From a bacterium (GTDB taxonomy: Bacteria > Verrucomicrobiota > Verrucomicrobiia > Limisphaerales > J093), in the NCBI GenBank assembly GCA_021823625.1, contig JAKANS010000006.1, positions 616 through 64,615 of the forward strand: DNA of 64,000 nt, given 5' to 3'. The notes beneath the pieces are model-generated. The model did no database searches, was not told where the DNA came from, and was given only the letters and a program-made list of their open reading frames with translations. Below, one piece after another: positions 50,275 through 59,267 of this stretch. The stretch's first letter is position 1, and each line of letters starts with the position of its first letter. The translations under genes and the position numbers were made by a program.

Positions 50275-53200
50275 TCAAAAACGCTCGATCGTTTCGTGCA
50301 GGTTCAGGATGGCCCGCGTCACTTCGGTCCACGCCGCCAGTTCCGGCGCCTTCAAGTTGGCGGGCACGGGCGAAGCGCCTTCCGCGAGGAGCTGCGACGC
50401 GCTTTCCGGATTCGCAGAAAACCGCTGGAGCTCTTCGCGGAGCAGCCCGGCCAGCACCTCGCGCTCGGTGGCGGTGGGTTTGCGGTCGAGCGCCTGGTTG
50501 AAAGCCCAGTCGATCGCGGCGTTCGCGTCGGACCCGCCACAGCGCAGCACGCGCGCAGCAAACACCCGCGCCGCTTCCACGTAAGTTGGATCGTTCAGCA
50601 GCGCGAGCGCCTGCAAGGGCGTGTTCGAAGGCATGCGTTCGGCGGTGGATTCCTCGCGCGGGCAGGCGTCGAAGGCGAGCAGGCTCGGCTGCAAAAAAGT
50701 GCGGCACCAGAAGGTGTACAACCCGCGCCGGTAAAGCCCCTCGCCGGTGTCGTTCTCCCAGGTGCGCTTCGGAAAGTTGAGCTGGTCCCAGTACCCGGCG
50801 GGCTGGTAGGGCTTCACGCTCGGTCCGCCCACCTTGTCCACGAGCAGGCCCGCCACCGACAACGCGTTGTCGCGGACCATCTCGGCGTCGATGCGGAACC
50901 GCGCCTGGCGCGCGTACAGGCGGTTGAACGGATCGCGCTCGCGCAATTCCTCGGACTCCTGTGAGCTTTGCCGGTACGTGCGCGAGTTGACCATCAACCG
51001 CACCATGTGCTTCACGTCCCAGCCGCTGTCCATGAACTCCGCCGCCAGCCAGTCCAACAGTTCCGGGTGGGTCGGCCATTCGCCTTGGACGCCGAAATTG
51101 TCGAGCTGCTTGGAAATCCCGACGCCGAAATACAGCTTCCACAGCCGGTTCACGAACACGCGTGCGGTCAGCGGGTTTTCGCGGGAGACCAGCCAGCGCG
51201 CCAGGTCGAGACGGGTGGCTCGCCGATCCTTCAGCGGCGCGCCGCCGAGGAACTCCGGCGGGGCTGGCTCGACGATGTCGCCACTGTCGTTCATCCAGTT
51301 GCCGCGCGGCAAAATGCGGGTGACGCGGGGTTCAACGGCCACGGTCATCAACGTCGTGGGAATGCGGGCGACCAACGCCTCGCGCTCTTTGCGAGTGGCC
51401 GCCAGCTCGGCGCGGGGCTTGTCCAGCAAGGGCGTCACCGCCAGGAAATGTCGCTTCAACAAATCGAGTTGTTCCGGCGTCCGTGCTGCGGCCGGCTGGC
51501 GCAGCGCCTTGGCGACCGCGTCCGGCAGTCCGGAGCCGGTCAAGTCCGGGTGGTCGATCGATGTCAGCGAAAGCCGAAACCGGCCAATGGCATGTTGCTT
51601 GAAACTCGATTCGAATTTGAGCCGGACGGTGAGCGTCCTGTCCGGACCCGCCGCGACCGGTTTCGCAAAGGTGAACACCGCCCGGTGATCCGCCGGCTTT
51701 TCGTGGCCGGCGACCGCCCAGCCGGTGTCGGACTTGCCGTCGATCGCGTTGGCCACCGGGTAGCCGTCCTGCGAAAAATCGGCGATGGCACTGGCCAGTT
51801 CCACGCGCGTGGCCGTCGCTTCGCCGGCCCTGGCTGCCTCCACCTCGACGTCGGTGAGGACGAAGTTGCCGTTGGCGCGCGACAGCCCGCCGTTCTTCAT
51901 CGTGGGATGCGTGAGCGCCTCGAGCTCGATGGCAGTGAGGTGAGGCTGATCGGTGCAGAGCGTGACCGTGTACGTGTCGTGATCCGGGTTCTCGCCGCTG
52001 CTCAACACACTCAGATCGTCCAACGCAGTTAGTGTGGCGCCACCCGCAGAAACGACCCGCTCGGGTTTCACGGTTGCCCACGCTTGTTTGCCGGCCGTCA
52101 GGTCCGCGGCGGTCGCCTCCGCCCACTTCGCCTGCGCCTCGACGAGTTCCGCCGTGCAATTGGTGAGGGTCTGCTCAAGTCCGGCGATTTGCCCGTCCAG
52201 CCGTTTCAAATCCGCCGCCTGCTCCGGGCTGGGCACGAGGCTGCCTTCGCGCTTGCCGACCCCGGCCTCCTTGATGTCGGCGAAGCAGGCTTCAAGCCGG
52301 TAGAAATCGCGTGTGGTGATCGGGTCGAACTTGTGGTCATGGCACTCCGCGCAACCGGTCGTGGCCGCCAGCCAAACGGTGCCGACGGACCGCGCGCGAT
52401 CCGCGGCGTATTTGGCCAGGTATTCCTTCGGTTGCGCGCCGCCTTCCTCGGTGCTTCGGCCCAGCCGGTTGTAGGTCGAGGCGACGCGTTGATCCAATGT
52501 CGCGTTCGGTAGGAGGTCGCCGGCCAATTGCTCGATCGTGAATTGGTCGAACGGTTCGTCGGCGTTGAACGCGCGGATCACGTAATCCCGGTACGGCCAG
52601 ACGCTCCGGTAATTGTCCGCGTGAAAACCGTCGGTGTCCGCGTACCGGACCACGTCCAGCCAGTACATCGCCAGGCGCTCGCCAAAGTGTGGCGACGCAA
52701 GCAGCCGCTCGACCCACTGGCCGTAGGCCTCCAGGGACGGGTCCTGCTCGAAGGCGCGCACGTCCTCGGGTTTCGGCGGCAGGCCGGTCAGATCGAAACT
52801 CAGCCGGCGAATCAGCGAACGCCGATCCGCCTCCGGCGAAGGCGCCAACCGTTCCTTTTCAATCCGCGCGAGGATGAACCGGTCGATGTCGTTGTTCGGC
52901 CAGGCCGGCTGCTTGACCTCCGGCACTGGCGGGTGCCGAACGGGCTGATAGGCCCAATGACCTTCCCACGGCGCGCCTTCGGCGATCCAGCGTTGCAGCA
53001 AGGCCATCTGCACCTTCGTCAACGCCTTGCCCGACTTGGGCGGCGGCATGAGGTCGTCCTCGTCCGACGTGGCGATGCGGCGGGCCAGCTCGCTCTGGTT
53101 GGGGTGGCCCGGCTTCACGATCGACTTGCCATCGCGCTCGGCGAACAAGCCCTCACGGGTGTCCAGCCGCAGTTTGGCTTTGCGCTTGGCACTATCCGGG

Positions 53201-53355
53201 CCGTGACAGGCAAAACAGTTGTCGGACAGGATCGGGCGGATATCGCGATTGAACGCCACCGCACCGGCCGTCGCGACCGCGTGGGGCGCGTTTGTCTCGG
53301 CGCGGGCGGCCAGGGCCGCAAAGCCGAGCCAGGCCAGGGTAGTGATTCGTTTCAT
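50275..53355 (-). CDS. PSD1 / Planctomycete cytochrome c domain protein (PSCyt + DUF1549 + discoidin-like + DUF1553)
   Basis: The ATG at 53355 gives the signal MKRITTLAWLGFAALAARA. Contains the heme-type CFACHGPDSAKRKAKLRLD, DUF1549 and DUF1553 blocks, and a central F5/8-type-C-like segment. Confidence 0.85.
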   Translation of the reverse strand: MKRITTLAWLGFAALAARAETNAPHAVATAGAVAFNRDIRPILSDNCFACHGPDSAKRKAKLRLDTREGLFAERDGKSIVKPGHPNQSELARRIATSDEDDLMPPPKSGKALTKVQMALLQRWIAEGAPWEGHWAYQPVRHPPVPEVKQPAWPNNDIDRFILARIEKERLAPSPEADRRSLIRRLSFDLTGLPPKPEDVRAFEQDPSLEAYGQWVERLLASPHFGERLAMYWLDVVRYADTDGFHADNYRSVWPYRDYVIRAFNADEPFDQFTIEQLAGDLLPNATLDQRVASTYNRLGRSTEEGGAQPKEYLAKYAADRARSVGTVWLAATTGCAECHDHKFDPITTRDFYRLEACFADIKEAGVGKREGSLVPSPEQAADLKRLDGQIAGLEQTLTNCTAELVEAQAKWAEATAADLTAGKQAWATVKPERVVSAGGATLTALDDLSVLSSGENPDHDTYTVTLCTDQPHLTAIELEALTHPTMKNGGLSRANGNFVLTDVEVEAARAGEATATRVELASAIADFSQDGYPVANAIDGKSDTGWAVAGHEKPADHRAVFTFAKPVAAGPDRTLTVRLKFESSFKQHAIGRFRLSLTSIDHPDLTGSGLPDAVAKALRQPAAARTPEQLDLLKRHFLAVTPLLDKPRAELAATRKEREALVARIPTTLMTVAVEPRVTRILPRGNWMNDSGDIVEPAPPEFLGGAPLKDRRATRLDLARWLVSRENPLTARVFVNRLWKLYFGVGISKQLDNFGVQGEWPTHPELLDWLAAEFMDSGWDVKHMVRLMVNSRTYRQSSQESEELRERDPFNRLYARQARFRIDAEMVRDNALSVAGLLVDKVGGPSVKPYQPAGYWDQLNFPKRTWENDTGEGLYRRGLYTFWCRTFLQPSLLAFDACPREESTAERMPSNTPLQALALLNDPTYVEAARVFAARVLRCGGSDANAAIDWAFNQALDRKPTATEREVLAGLLREELQRFSANPESASQLLAEGASPVPANLKAPELAAWTEVTRAILNLHETIERF

Positions 53356-53503
53356 CGCCAGCGAAACCCTCAACGCACCGTTTCGACCGGGGTTGCCGGC
53401 GCGGCATCGGGTTGACAGCAAATTGGCAATGCTGATGGTGTGTGTCAAGAAACCTGACCGTCGGCGGTCCGCAGCCGGTGCATCCCGAAGTTGTCGGTGA
53501 TTT

Positions 53504-54745
53504 TCAATTCCAGAGGAGGGAATCCTCCTTATTCTTGATGAGGACACAAAGGCGAAGCAAATGAGTGAAGCCCGGGCGGCTCCAAATCTGGCCGCAGCCG
53601 CGCAAGCGCCGCTGCAACTGCTTGCCCAATGATTCGACCGCCCCGCTGCTGCGCGGGGCACCCGCTTGCTCCATCGCCTGGTAGTGCAAATGGTCGCGAT
53701 GGTTGACAAAGTAGTTTACTTCCCGTTTCACCACTTCCTGGCTTTGGGGCGTTCGCTCTGACTGGGTCTCCAGAAGCTCTTCCAGGCGACGCACGACGCG
53801 AGTTTCCCGTCCGTTTCGCAGCGAGCGCAATAACGGTTGCACCCACGCCTTGGCTTCCGGAGTGTCCTTGCCATGCAACTCGTACGCTAAGGCCCACAGA
53901 TGATCGCGCGCATGATGAAAATCCAGGGTCTTGATCGCCTCAGCAAATCGATCCTCGGCCAGTTCCCACAGCCAGACCGCTCCATCCATCACCAGATAAA
54001 CGGTCTTGGCTCGCCCTAATCCGCGTCGCCGCCCTTCGGCCTGCACCGCTGCTCCGAAGTCCACCGGAGATGTCTCCGGGGGGGGCGACCGCGAATTTCT
54101 CGATCGACATCCCGCGTCCGCTGGCGTTTTGCCCCCGTTGCTCGAGTCGATAGATGACCGCCGACTTGATCTCGTGCCAGGCAATCCGCTCAGGATTTTT
54201 CTTCCGCGCCCCAGCGCCCCAGTCCGGTCCCCGTTCGCGCGCCAACCAGCCATCGAGCATGATGACCAGACTGAACTCCGGCTCCTTGGGCGACGGCTTG
54301 GGCATCGGCAGTTGCAGTTCGGCGGCCAACAGGCCCAAGCTCTGCACGTGCTGGTGAATGCACCATCGCTCACCGGACTGCCCCAGATGGTGGCCATTTT
54401 CGCGGCTGCTTTGTAAGAAGCCGTCTCACTGGCAGTATAAGTCAGTCGGCTTTCCAATTCCGGACTGAGCCGCTGAGAGGGTTTAAGCCCCCAGAACTCA
54501 CGCGCCGGACAGACTCATTGCTCCAACGTCGGACTGTAACCGTGGCGCAGGCGCAATTTCACGGTCCCAACAACCGTGCTTAACTGCAGATCACGCCAGC
54601 GGACTTCTTGCAAACGCTCCCCCGTCTTGGGACAGAAGGCTGGCATTTGATCGGACTCCACTGGGAGTCTTTTCTCCAAGCGCTGACGCGTCCATTCCCG
54701 GCCTTCGGCCAAGACCTCCTGTTCGACTTGGCGCAGCGTGTTCAT
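53504..54745 (-). pseudogene. ISKra4-like DDE transposase, split over at least three reading frames
   Basis: N-terminal part at 54745-54515: MNTLRQVEQEVLAEGREWTRQRLEKRL...CPKTGERL. Middle part in a second frame: HVQSLGLLAAELQLPMPKPSPKEPEFSLVIMLDGWLARERGPDWG...AWHEIKSAVIYRLEQ. C-terminal part in a third frame: KTVYLVMDGAVWLWELAEDRFAEAIKTLDFHHARDHLW...NYFVNHRDHLHYQAMEQAGAPRSSGAVES. Confidence 0.65.
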
Positions 54746-55599
54746 GGCCGCCGGCTTCCGAGCCGATAGAGGTAAATGTCTTTGATGGGCACCCGGCGCG
54801 TATGGTCACGGTCCTGGCGTGAGCGGCCTGTGGTCTGACCCACGCGCTGCCAGTTAGCGGCGCGGTAGCAACTGCCCGCAAAATGCTCGCGCTCAACGAA
54901 CGTTTCCAACCACTCCAGCCCATGGCCGTATTTGACATTCCAATCCGCGCCAATGCGACGGGCCACCTGACTCAACACATGACTGGCCAGATACGGCACC
55001 CGCACCAGGGCAAGATCAGAAACCGGGTGTTTGTTGGCCAGCGTGTGCAGGCGTTGGCGGCGCGTCTGGTCATTCCAACCCAAAAACTGATCCCGGGGCG
55101 CACAACGCCAAGCCGGCGCGCCAAAGAGCAGAGCGGCCACATCGCGCCCGTGAGCGTCCACCGCCAGATAACCGATGTTCTCGCCCACCACATGCAGACC
55201 CAGATAGTGATACTGATCGAGGTAGAAAGCCCAGCGGCGTGCCGCAGGCGAACCTGCGCTCACCGGCTCCACGCTCACCGGACGTATTTGGCCCAGGCCC
55301 GCGCTCCAACTCTCTGGAAGCTGCCAATCCACCAGCCTCGGTCTCGGAGGGAGAGCCCGCCGTTTGTTAATCTGCAGCGGCGGCAGTTGGATGCACCCCT
55401 GCGCCTCCAGCTTTAGCCGCAGACTGCGTGCGGCAAAATCCTTGAGCCGACCGCGCTCATCCCGCCACTGCCACAGTTCACACAATTGACACGCCAGCCG
55501 CTTGCGACTCCACTGTCAATGCTCCTGAATCCACTGACTCAGCCAGGTGATTTCTTCCTGCCCAAGATTACGACCTTGGATCAACCATTTGCATTGCAC
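54742..55599 (-). pseudogene. DUF4338 (DruA-like) gene, copy A, translationally coupled to the ISKra4-like transposase; carries an in-frame TGA and a compensated double frameshift
   Basis: The GTG at 55599 opens (V)QCKWLIQGRNLGQEEITWLSQWIQEH-TGA(55516-55518)-QWSRKRLACQLCELWQWRDERGRLKDFAARSL. Further on come YHYLG and GSCYRAANW. The NTRFLILPW block is in an alternative frame around 55000-55035. The stop overlaps the transposase ATG (ATGA at 54742-54745). Confidence 0.65.
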
Positions 55600-55683
55600 G
55601 ATCCAAGTTTCGCCAAACCGTCGCCAGGTAGTTCAGCAAAATCACCGTCAACTTGTGGATGCATTGGTCCGCAGCCTGAAGGC

Positions 55684-56202
55684 AGGCCCGTCTTTGACTC
55701 GTTGCTGCAGGAATATCATTATCTGGGCTACACCGGCGCCGTCGGCCAAAACGTCCAATATCTGGTGCGGGATCGGCCGGGGCGGGATTTGGCCTGTGTC
55801 TTGTTTGGCGCGGCGGCTTGGCAGACGCGGGCGCGGGATGTCTTCATTGGCTGGACGGCGGCCCAGCGTGAAGCTGGTTTGCATCTGGTGGCCAACAACA
55901 GCCGGTTTTTGATCTTGCCTTGGGGGCGCGTGCCGGAGTTGGCCAGCCCTATTCTAGGTCGAGTGGCCCGGCGCATCGCGGCGGACTGGCAGTGGCGCTA
56001 TGGCCAGCGGGTGGCGCTGTTGGAGACGTTTGTGGAACGGGGCCGGTTCCGGGGCAGTTGTTATCGAGCGGCCAACTGGACATGCGCGGGTCAGACGCAA
56101 GGCCGCACCCGGCAGGATCGGCGGCATGTTTTGCAAGTGCCGGTGATGGATGTTTGGGTCTATCCTCTGCAAGCCGATTTTCGGAGGGTCTTGTGCCAAT
56201 AA
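55684..56202 (+). pseudogene. DUF4338 (DruA-like) gene, copy B, 5'-truncated, directly upstream of the IS66 transposase
   Basis: RPVFDSLLQEYHYLGYTGAVGQNVQYLV...ANNSRFLILPWGRVPELAS...LETFVERGRFRGSCYRAANWTCAGQTQGRTRQDR. The N-terminal ~100 residues seen in copy A are missing. Sequence upstream of 55684 belongs to copy A on the other strand. Confidence 0.6.
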
Positions 56203-56214
56203 AGTTGTTCACCC

Positions 56215-57623
56215 GTGAAGAACCGTTGCCCCTGGCCCGCCTGTCATCCCGAAGCGTTGGTGGAGATTATCCTGGCCTTGCAGGAACGGCTGGTGCAACT
56301 GGAACAGCGGATCCAGGACTTGGAAGCCCAACTGGCCCGCAACCGTTCCAACCGCGGCAAACCGCCCTCCAGCGACGGGTTGAGCAAACCCAGCCCCCAG
56401 AGTTTGCGCGCGCCCAGCGGTCGCCCACCCGGAGGCCAGCCCGGGCATCCGGGCCAGACCTTGCGGCGGGTCAAAACCCCCGATCACATTGAGGTTCACC
56501 GGCTGGAAGTCTGTCCGCGATGCGGTGGGCGCGGGCTGGGCCGGGAACCGGCGCTGGACTATGAGAGCCGCCAGGTGTTCGACCTGCCGGAGCGTTCCTT
56601 GGCGGTGACCGAACACCGCGCCGAAATCAAAGGCTGTTCGCAATGCGGCCACACTGTCCGGGAGGAGTTTCCGGCGGGCGCCGGCGCGCCGGCGCAATAT
56701 GGGCCGCGGTTTCAAAGTCTGATGGTGTATTTGAACCGGCAGCCGGGGCTGCCTTATGACCGGCTGGCCCAGATGTGCGAGGATTTATTGGGGCAGCCGT
56801 TGAGTGTCGCGACGCTGGCGGCCGCCACTATCATCAGTTGGCGCCCTTCGCGCAGGCGCTGGCCCGCCAGGTGCCGCTGGCCGAGATCCTCCACCTGGAG
56901 GAGAGCGGGTTGCGCGTGGCCGGGACGCGCCACTGGCTGCCTGTGGCCTCGACGGCCACGCTGACCTCTTACGGCGTGCCATTCCAAGCGCGGCACCGCG
57001 GCGATGGACGCTCTGGGCATCGTGGGCGCTTGCCACCAGTGGGGGGGCATGATCACTGGAAGCCCTATTTTTCATATCAGCAATGCCCGCACGCCCGGTG
57101 CAACGAGCATCTGTTGCGGGAACTCAAGTTCCTGTGGGAAGAGGACGGCCAGGTGTGGGCGCGGCAGATGAGCGATTTGCTCTTGGAACTGCATCGGCGG
57201 CGGCGGCAGCACGGGGAGTTCAACGAGCGCCAATTCAAGCGGGCCCGGCACCGCTACCGCAACGGGGTGCGGCGCGGACGTTACCGGCACCCGCGCCGGG
57301 CCCCCGGCCAAGGACGCTGCGCGCAAAGCAAGGCGGCCAATTTGTTGGATCGGCTGGAGGATTTTCACTGGAGCATCCTGGCCTTCCTCGGGGATGGGCG
57401 CGTGCCCTTTACCAACAATCAGGCCGAGCAGGACATTCGCATGATCAAAGTGCGCCCCAAAATCTCCGGCTGCTTTCGCACGTTGAGAGGGACCCGGATT
57501 TTCTGTCGCCTCCGCAGTTACCTGAGCACCTGCCGCAAACAAGGCCGCAACCTTTGGCTGGCGCTCCAGAGCGCCGTCCGTGGCGCGCCTTTCATCCCCT
57601 CAGCACCTCATGCCGGCCCCTGA
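56215..57623 (+). pseudogene. IS66 family transposase (TnpC-type) with at least three frameshifts
   Basis: N-terminal leucine-zipper and zinc-finger part: LQERLVQLEQRIQDLEAQL, CPRCGG...CSQCGH. Frame changes occur near 56825, near 56975 and at the G7 run 57041-57047. The HSKRGTAAMDALGIVGACHQWGG segment is only readable in a third frame. The C-terminal part carries HDHWKPYF and VPFTNNQAEQDIRMIKV. Confidence 0.7.
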
Positions 57624-57799
57624 GACCTGAATGGTTACCGCGCCGTTTCGCCGTGACTGGGAGCAAACGAGGCAAACTTTGCCAGGCCAGCGGCGGTGAA
57701 CGCAGGGCTGCCACACAGTACAAAACAAGTCGCGTTGCGGGAAAGAAGTCTTGCAAGGTGGCCCATTTGCGGCCGCGGCCAAGCCAAGCCTGGAAGACA

Positions 57800-57947
57800 G
57801 CAACCAATCGCGCAGGTTCCAGGGGCGCACACCCAGATCCTGCGCCAGTTGCTTCAGAGGCTTTTCGCCTTTTAACAGCCACGCTACGGCGTCGCGCTTG
57901 AAGGCTTCATCAAAGGTTCGCCGCGGTCGGGTCGGTGCGTTTGGCAT
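57800..57947 (-). pseudogene. IS3-family OrfA (HTH) N-terminal fragment
   Basis: MPNAPTRPRRTFDEAFKRDAVAWLLKGEKPLKQLAQDLGVRPWNLRDW matches the IS3/IS911 OrfA opening. Similarity is lost after about 50 residues, where IS66-flanking sequence begins. Confidence 0.5.
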
Positions 57948-57965
57948 CGCTGCTTTCTCGCGCCC

Positions 57966-58106
57966 TTACCCCTCGCTTGCCCACAAAATCGAGTCACCCT
58001 CAGCGAGCGTACGGTCTTTGGTCCCGAACGATTCCTGGCGCCCAGGGTGATTGTCCTGGCACCAGAAAACCTGGCCCCGGCGGAACAGACGGTACTTCGG
58101 TTTCAT
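57966..58106 (-). pseudogene. Tyrosine integrase N-terminal relic (46 codons)
   Basis: MKPKYRLFRRGQVFWCQDNHPGRQESFGTKDRTLAEG... resembles the N-termini of tRNA-associated integrases (MKPK-Y/F-x-L-F/Y-x-R-G-x-x-F/Y-x-x-D-x-x-T-G-K-Q-x-S-L-x-T-K-D). The frame ends 18 nt before the IS3 OrfA ATG. Lies 150 nt from the tRNA 3' end. Confidence 0.45.
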
Positions 58107-58255
58107 AGCTTTTTGCGGACGAGCCTAAACGAAACCGAACCCTGGCGTTAATCTGTAGTCAGGCAGTCGGCGCCAGTCACCGAATCTGCTGACGTTTTTA
58201 CCGACGGTTACCCGCCAATATCTACGCAACTAATTGCTGCACAAGCAGTGGAGAC

Positions 58256-58330
58256 TGGAGCCAGTGGTCGGGGTCGAACCGACGACCTACGGTTTACGAA
58301 ACCGTTGCTCTGCCACTGAGCTACACTGGC
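58256..58330 (-). tRNA. tRNA-Thr (anticodon CGU), CCA encoded
   Basis: Manual fold of GCCAGTG-TA-GCTC-AGTGGCA-GAGC-A-ACGGT-TTCGTAA-ACCGT-AGGTC-GTCGG-TTCGACC-CCGAC-CACTGGC-T-CCA. Gives a 7/4/5/5-bp cloverleaf with a T-loop TTCGA. Confidence 0.9.
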
Positions 58331-58427
58331 TTAACATGCTAACCAACGATTATTTGCAAACAAACGATCAACCGCAATCCTGCATTGCTATCAGCCCAGT
58401 TTATCCCCACTGTACCCTTTGGCATGA

Positions 58428-58580
58428 GCGATTTGGGCCGCAATAGTTCAGGATGGCGACGAACCGGAACTCTTCAAGGTCGCGGAGAACTCCTACCGTC
58501 ACGCTTCCGCTGGGATTTATTATGCGTTGGTCAAACGCGGAGGCAAGCAGTTTCGGCGGAGGTGCGGGTTGTTTTCATAG
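58428..58580 (+). pseudogene. Possible second integrase N-terminal relic on the 5' side of the tRNA
   Basis: Open frame without a start codon reads ...ELFKVAENSYRHASAGIYYALVKRGGKQFRRR.... This resembles the YR(Y/H)xxSGxYYAxVKxxGKxxRRSL segment of many integrases. Short and unverified. Confidence 0.3.
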
Positions 58581-58655
58581 CGCGAGGACGTCGATGGGTC
58601 AGTGAAATCCTTGCGACCGCCCATCGACGCCAGGCAGGCCTCGAAAGCAGCCGGC

Positions 58656-59033
58656 TCAACCGCCTGCCCCGCGCTGCAGCAACGTCACGATCTTGCCCAG
58701 CAGGCGCGGGAGTTCGACCGGTTTGGTGTCGAAGTCATCACAGCCCGCCTCGCGCGCCTGTTGCTCGTCGCTGGCCATGGCGTGCGCCGTCAACGCGATG
58801 ACCGGGATGGCCTTCAAAACCGGATCGGCCTTGATCTGGCGGGTGGCTTCCCAGCCGTCGAGCACGGGCAGGCTCATGTCCATGAGCACAAGGTCGGGGG
58901 CCTCGCTGCGGGTTTTGGCGAGGCCGCTCTGGCCATCCACCGCGCAAACGACCGTGTAGCCTTTGCGCGCGAGCCGACGGCTGAGCATGTCGCGGTTCAT
59001 CTCGTTGTCTTCGACCAGGAGGATTTTCGGCAT
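58656..59033 (-). CDS. Single-domain response regulator (CheY-like receiver)
   Basis: The ATG at 59033 opens MPKILLVEDNEMNRDMLSRRL. Also contains DLVLMDMSLPVLDG, IPVIALTAHAM and DDFDTKP. Confidence 0.85.
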   Translation of the reverse strand: MPKILLVEDNEMNRDMLSRRLARKGYTVVCAVDGQSGLAKTRSEAPDLVLMDMSLPVLDGWEATRQIKADPVLKAIPVIALTAHAMASDEQQAREAGCDDFDTKPVELPRLLGKIVTLLQRGAGG

Positions 59034-59176
59034 GGCTGGATGGGGGTTGGCGGCCCAGTGCCGCGGGGTGAAACGCGTGCAACCTAAATTCCGTAGTTGA
59101 ACCGCGGATGGGCGCAGATCAACGCAAATGAAAAGAATCTGCCGGCGTGCCACGGAAAAGAGCCCAAACTGAAAAG

Positions 59177-59211
59177 CTCAGAAAGTGGGTCCGCTTTCGG
59201 CCCTTTCTGAG
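59177..59211 (-). terminator. Candidate intrinsic terminator after the hybrid histidine kinase gene
   Basis: Long hairpin ctcagaaag-t-ggg-t-ccg / cttt loop / cggccctttctgag (15 pairs, two bulged T). On the minus strand it is followed by cttttcagtttgggctcttttcc. Lies 57 nt after the stop at 59268. Confidence 0.5.
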
Positions 59212-59267
59212 TTTCGGCTGGTGACTCGTGATCCGCGTTCATCGGCGTCCATCGACGGTTTCCAGGT

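Larger units (their letters stand above)
53470..58255. mobile_element. Decayed mobile-element cluster adjacent to the 3' end of tRNA-Thr (integrase relic, IS3 stub, IS66 unit, ISKra4-like unit)
   Basis: Contiguous block of transposase and integrase fragments described in the individual features. Bounded by the promoter region of the PSD1 gene on the left and tRNA-Thr on the right. No terminal direct repeat of the tRNA 3' end was found by eye. Confidence 0.6.

Noticed and set aside
54742-56202. Interpreting the DUF4338 genes as a Druantia defence system
   Set aside because: No DruB-DruE-type genes are nearby (no large DUF1998 helicase). Both copies are attached to transposase genes and are themselves damaged.
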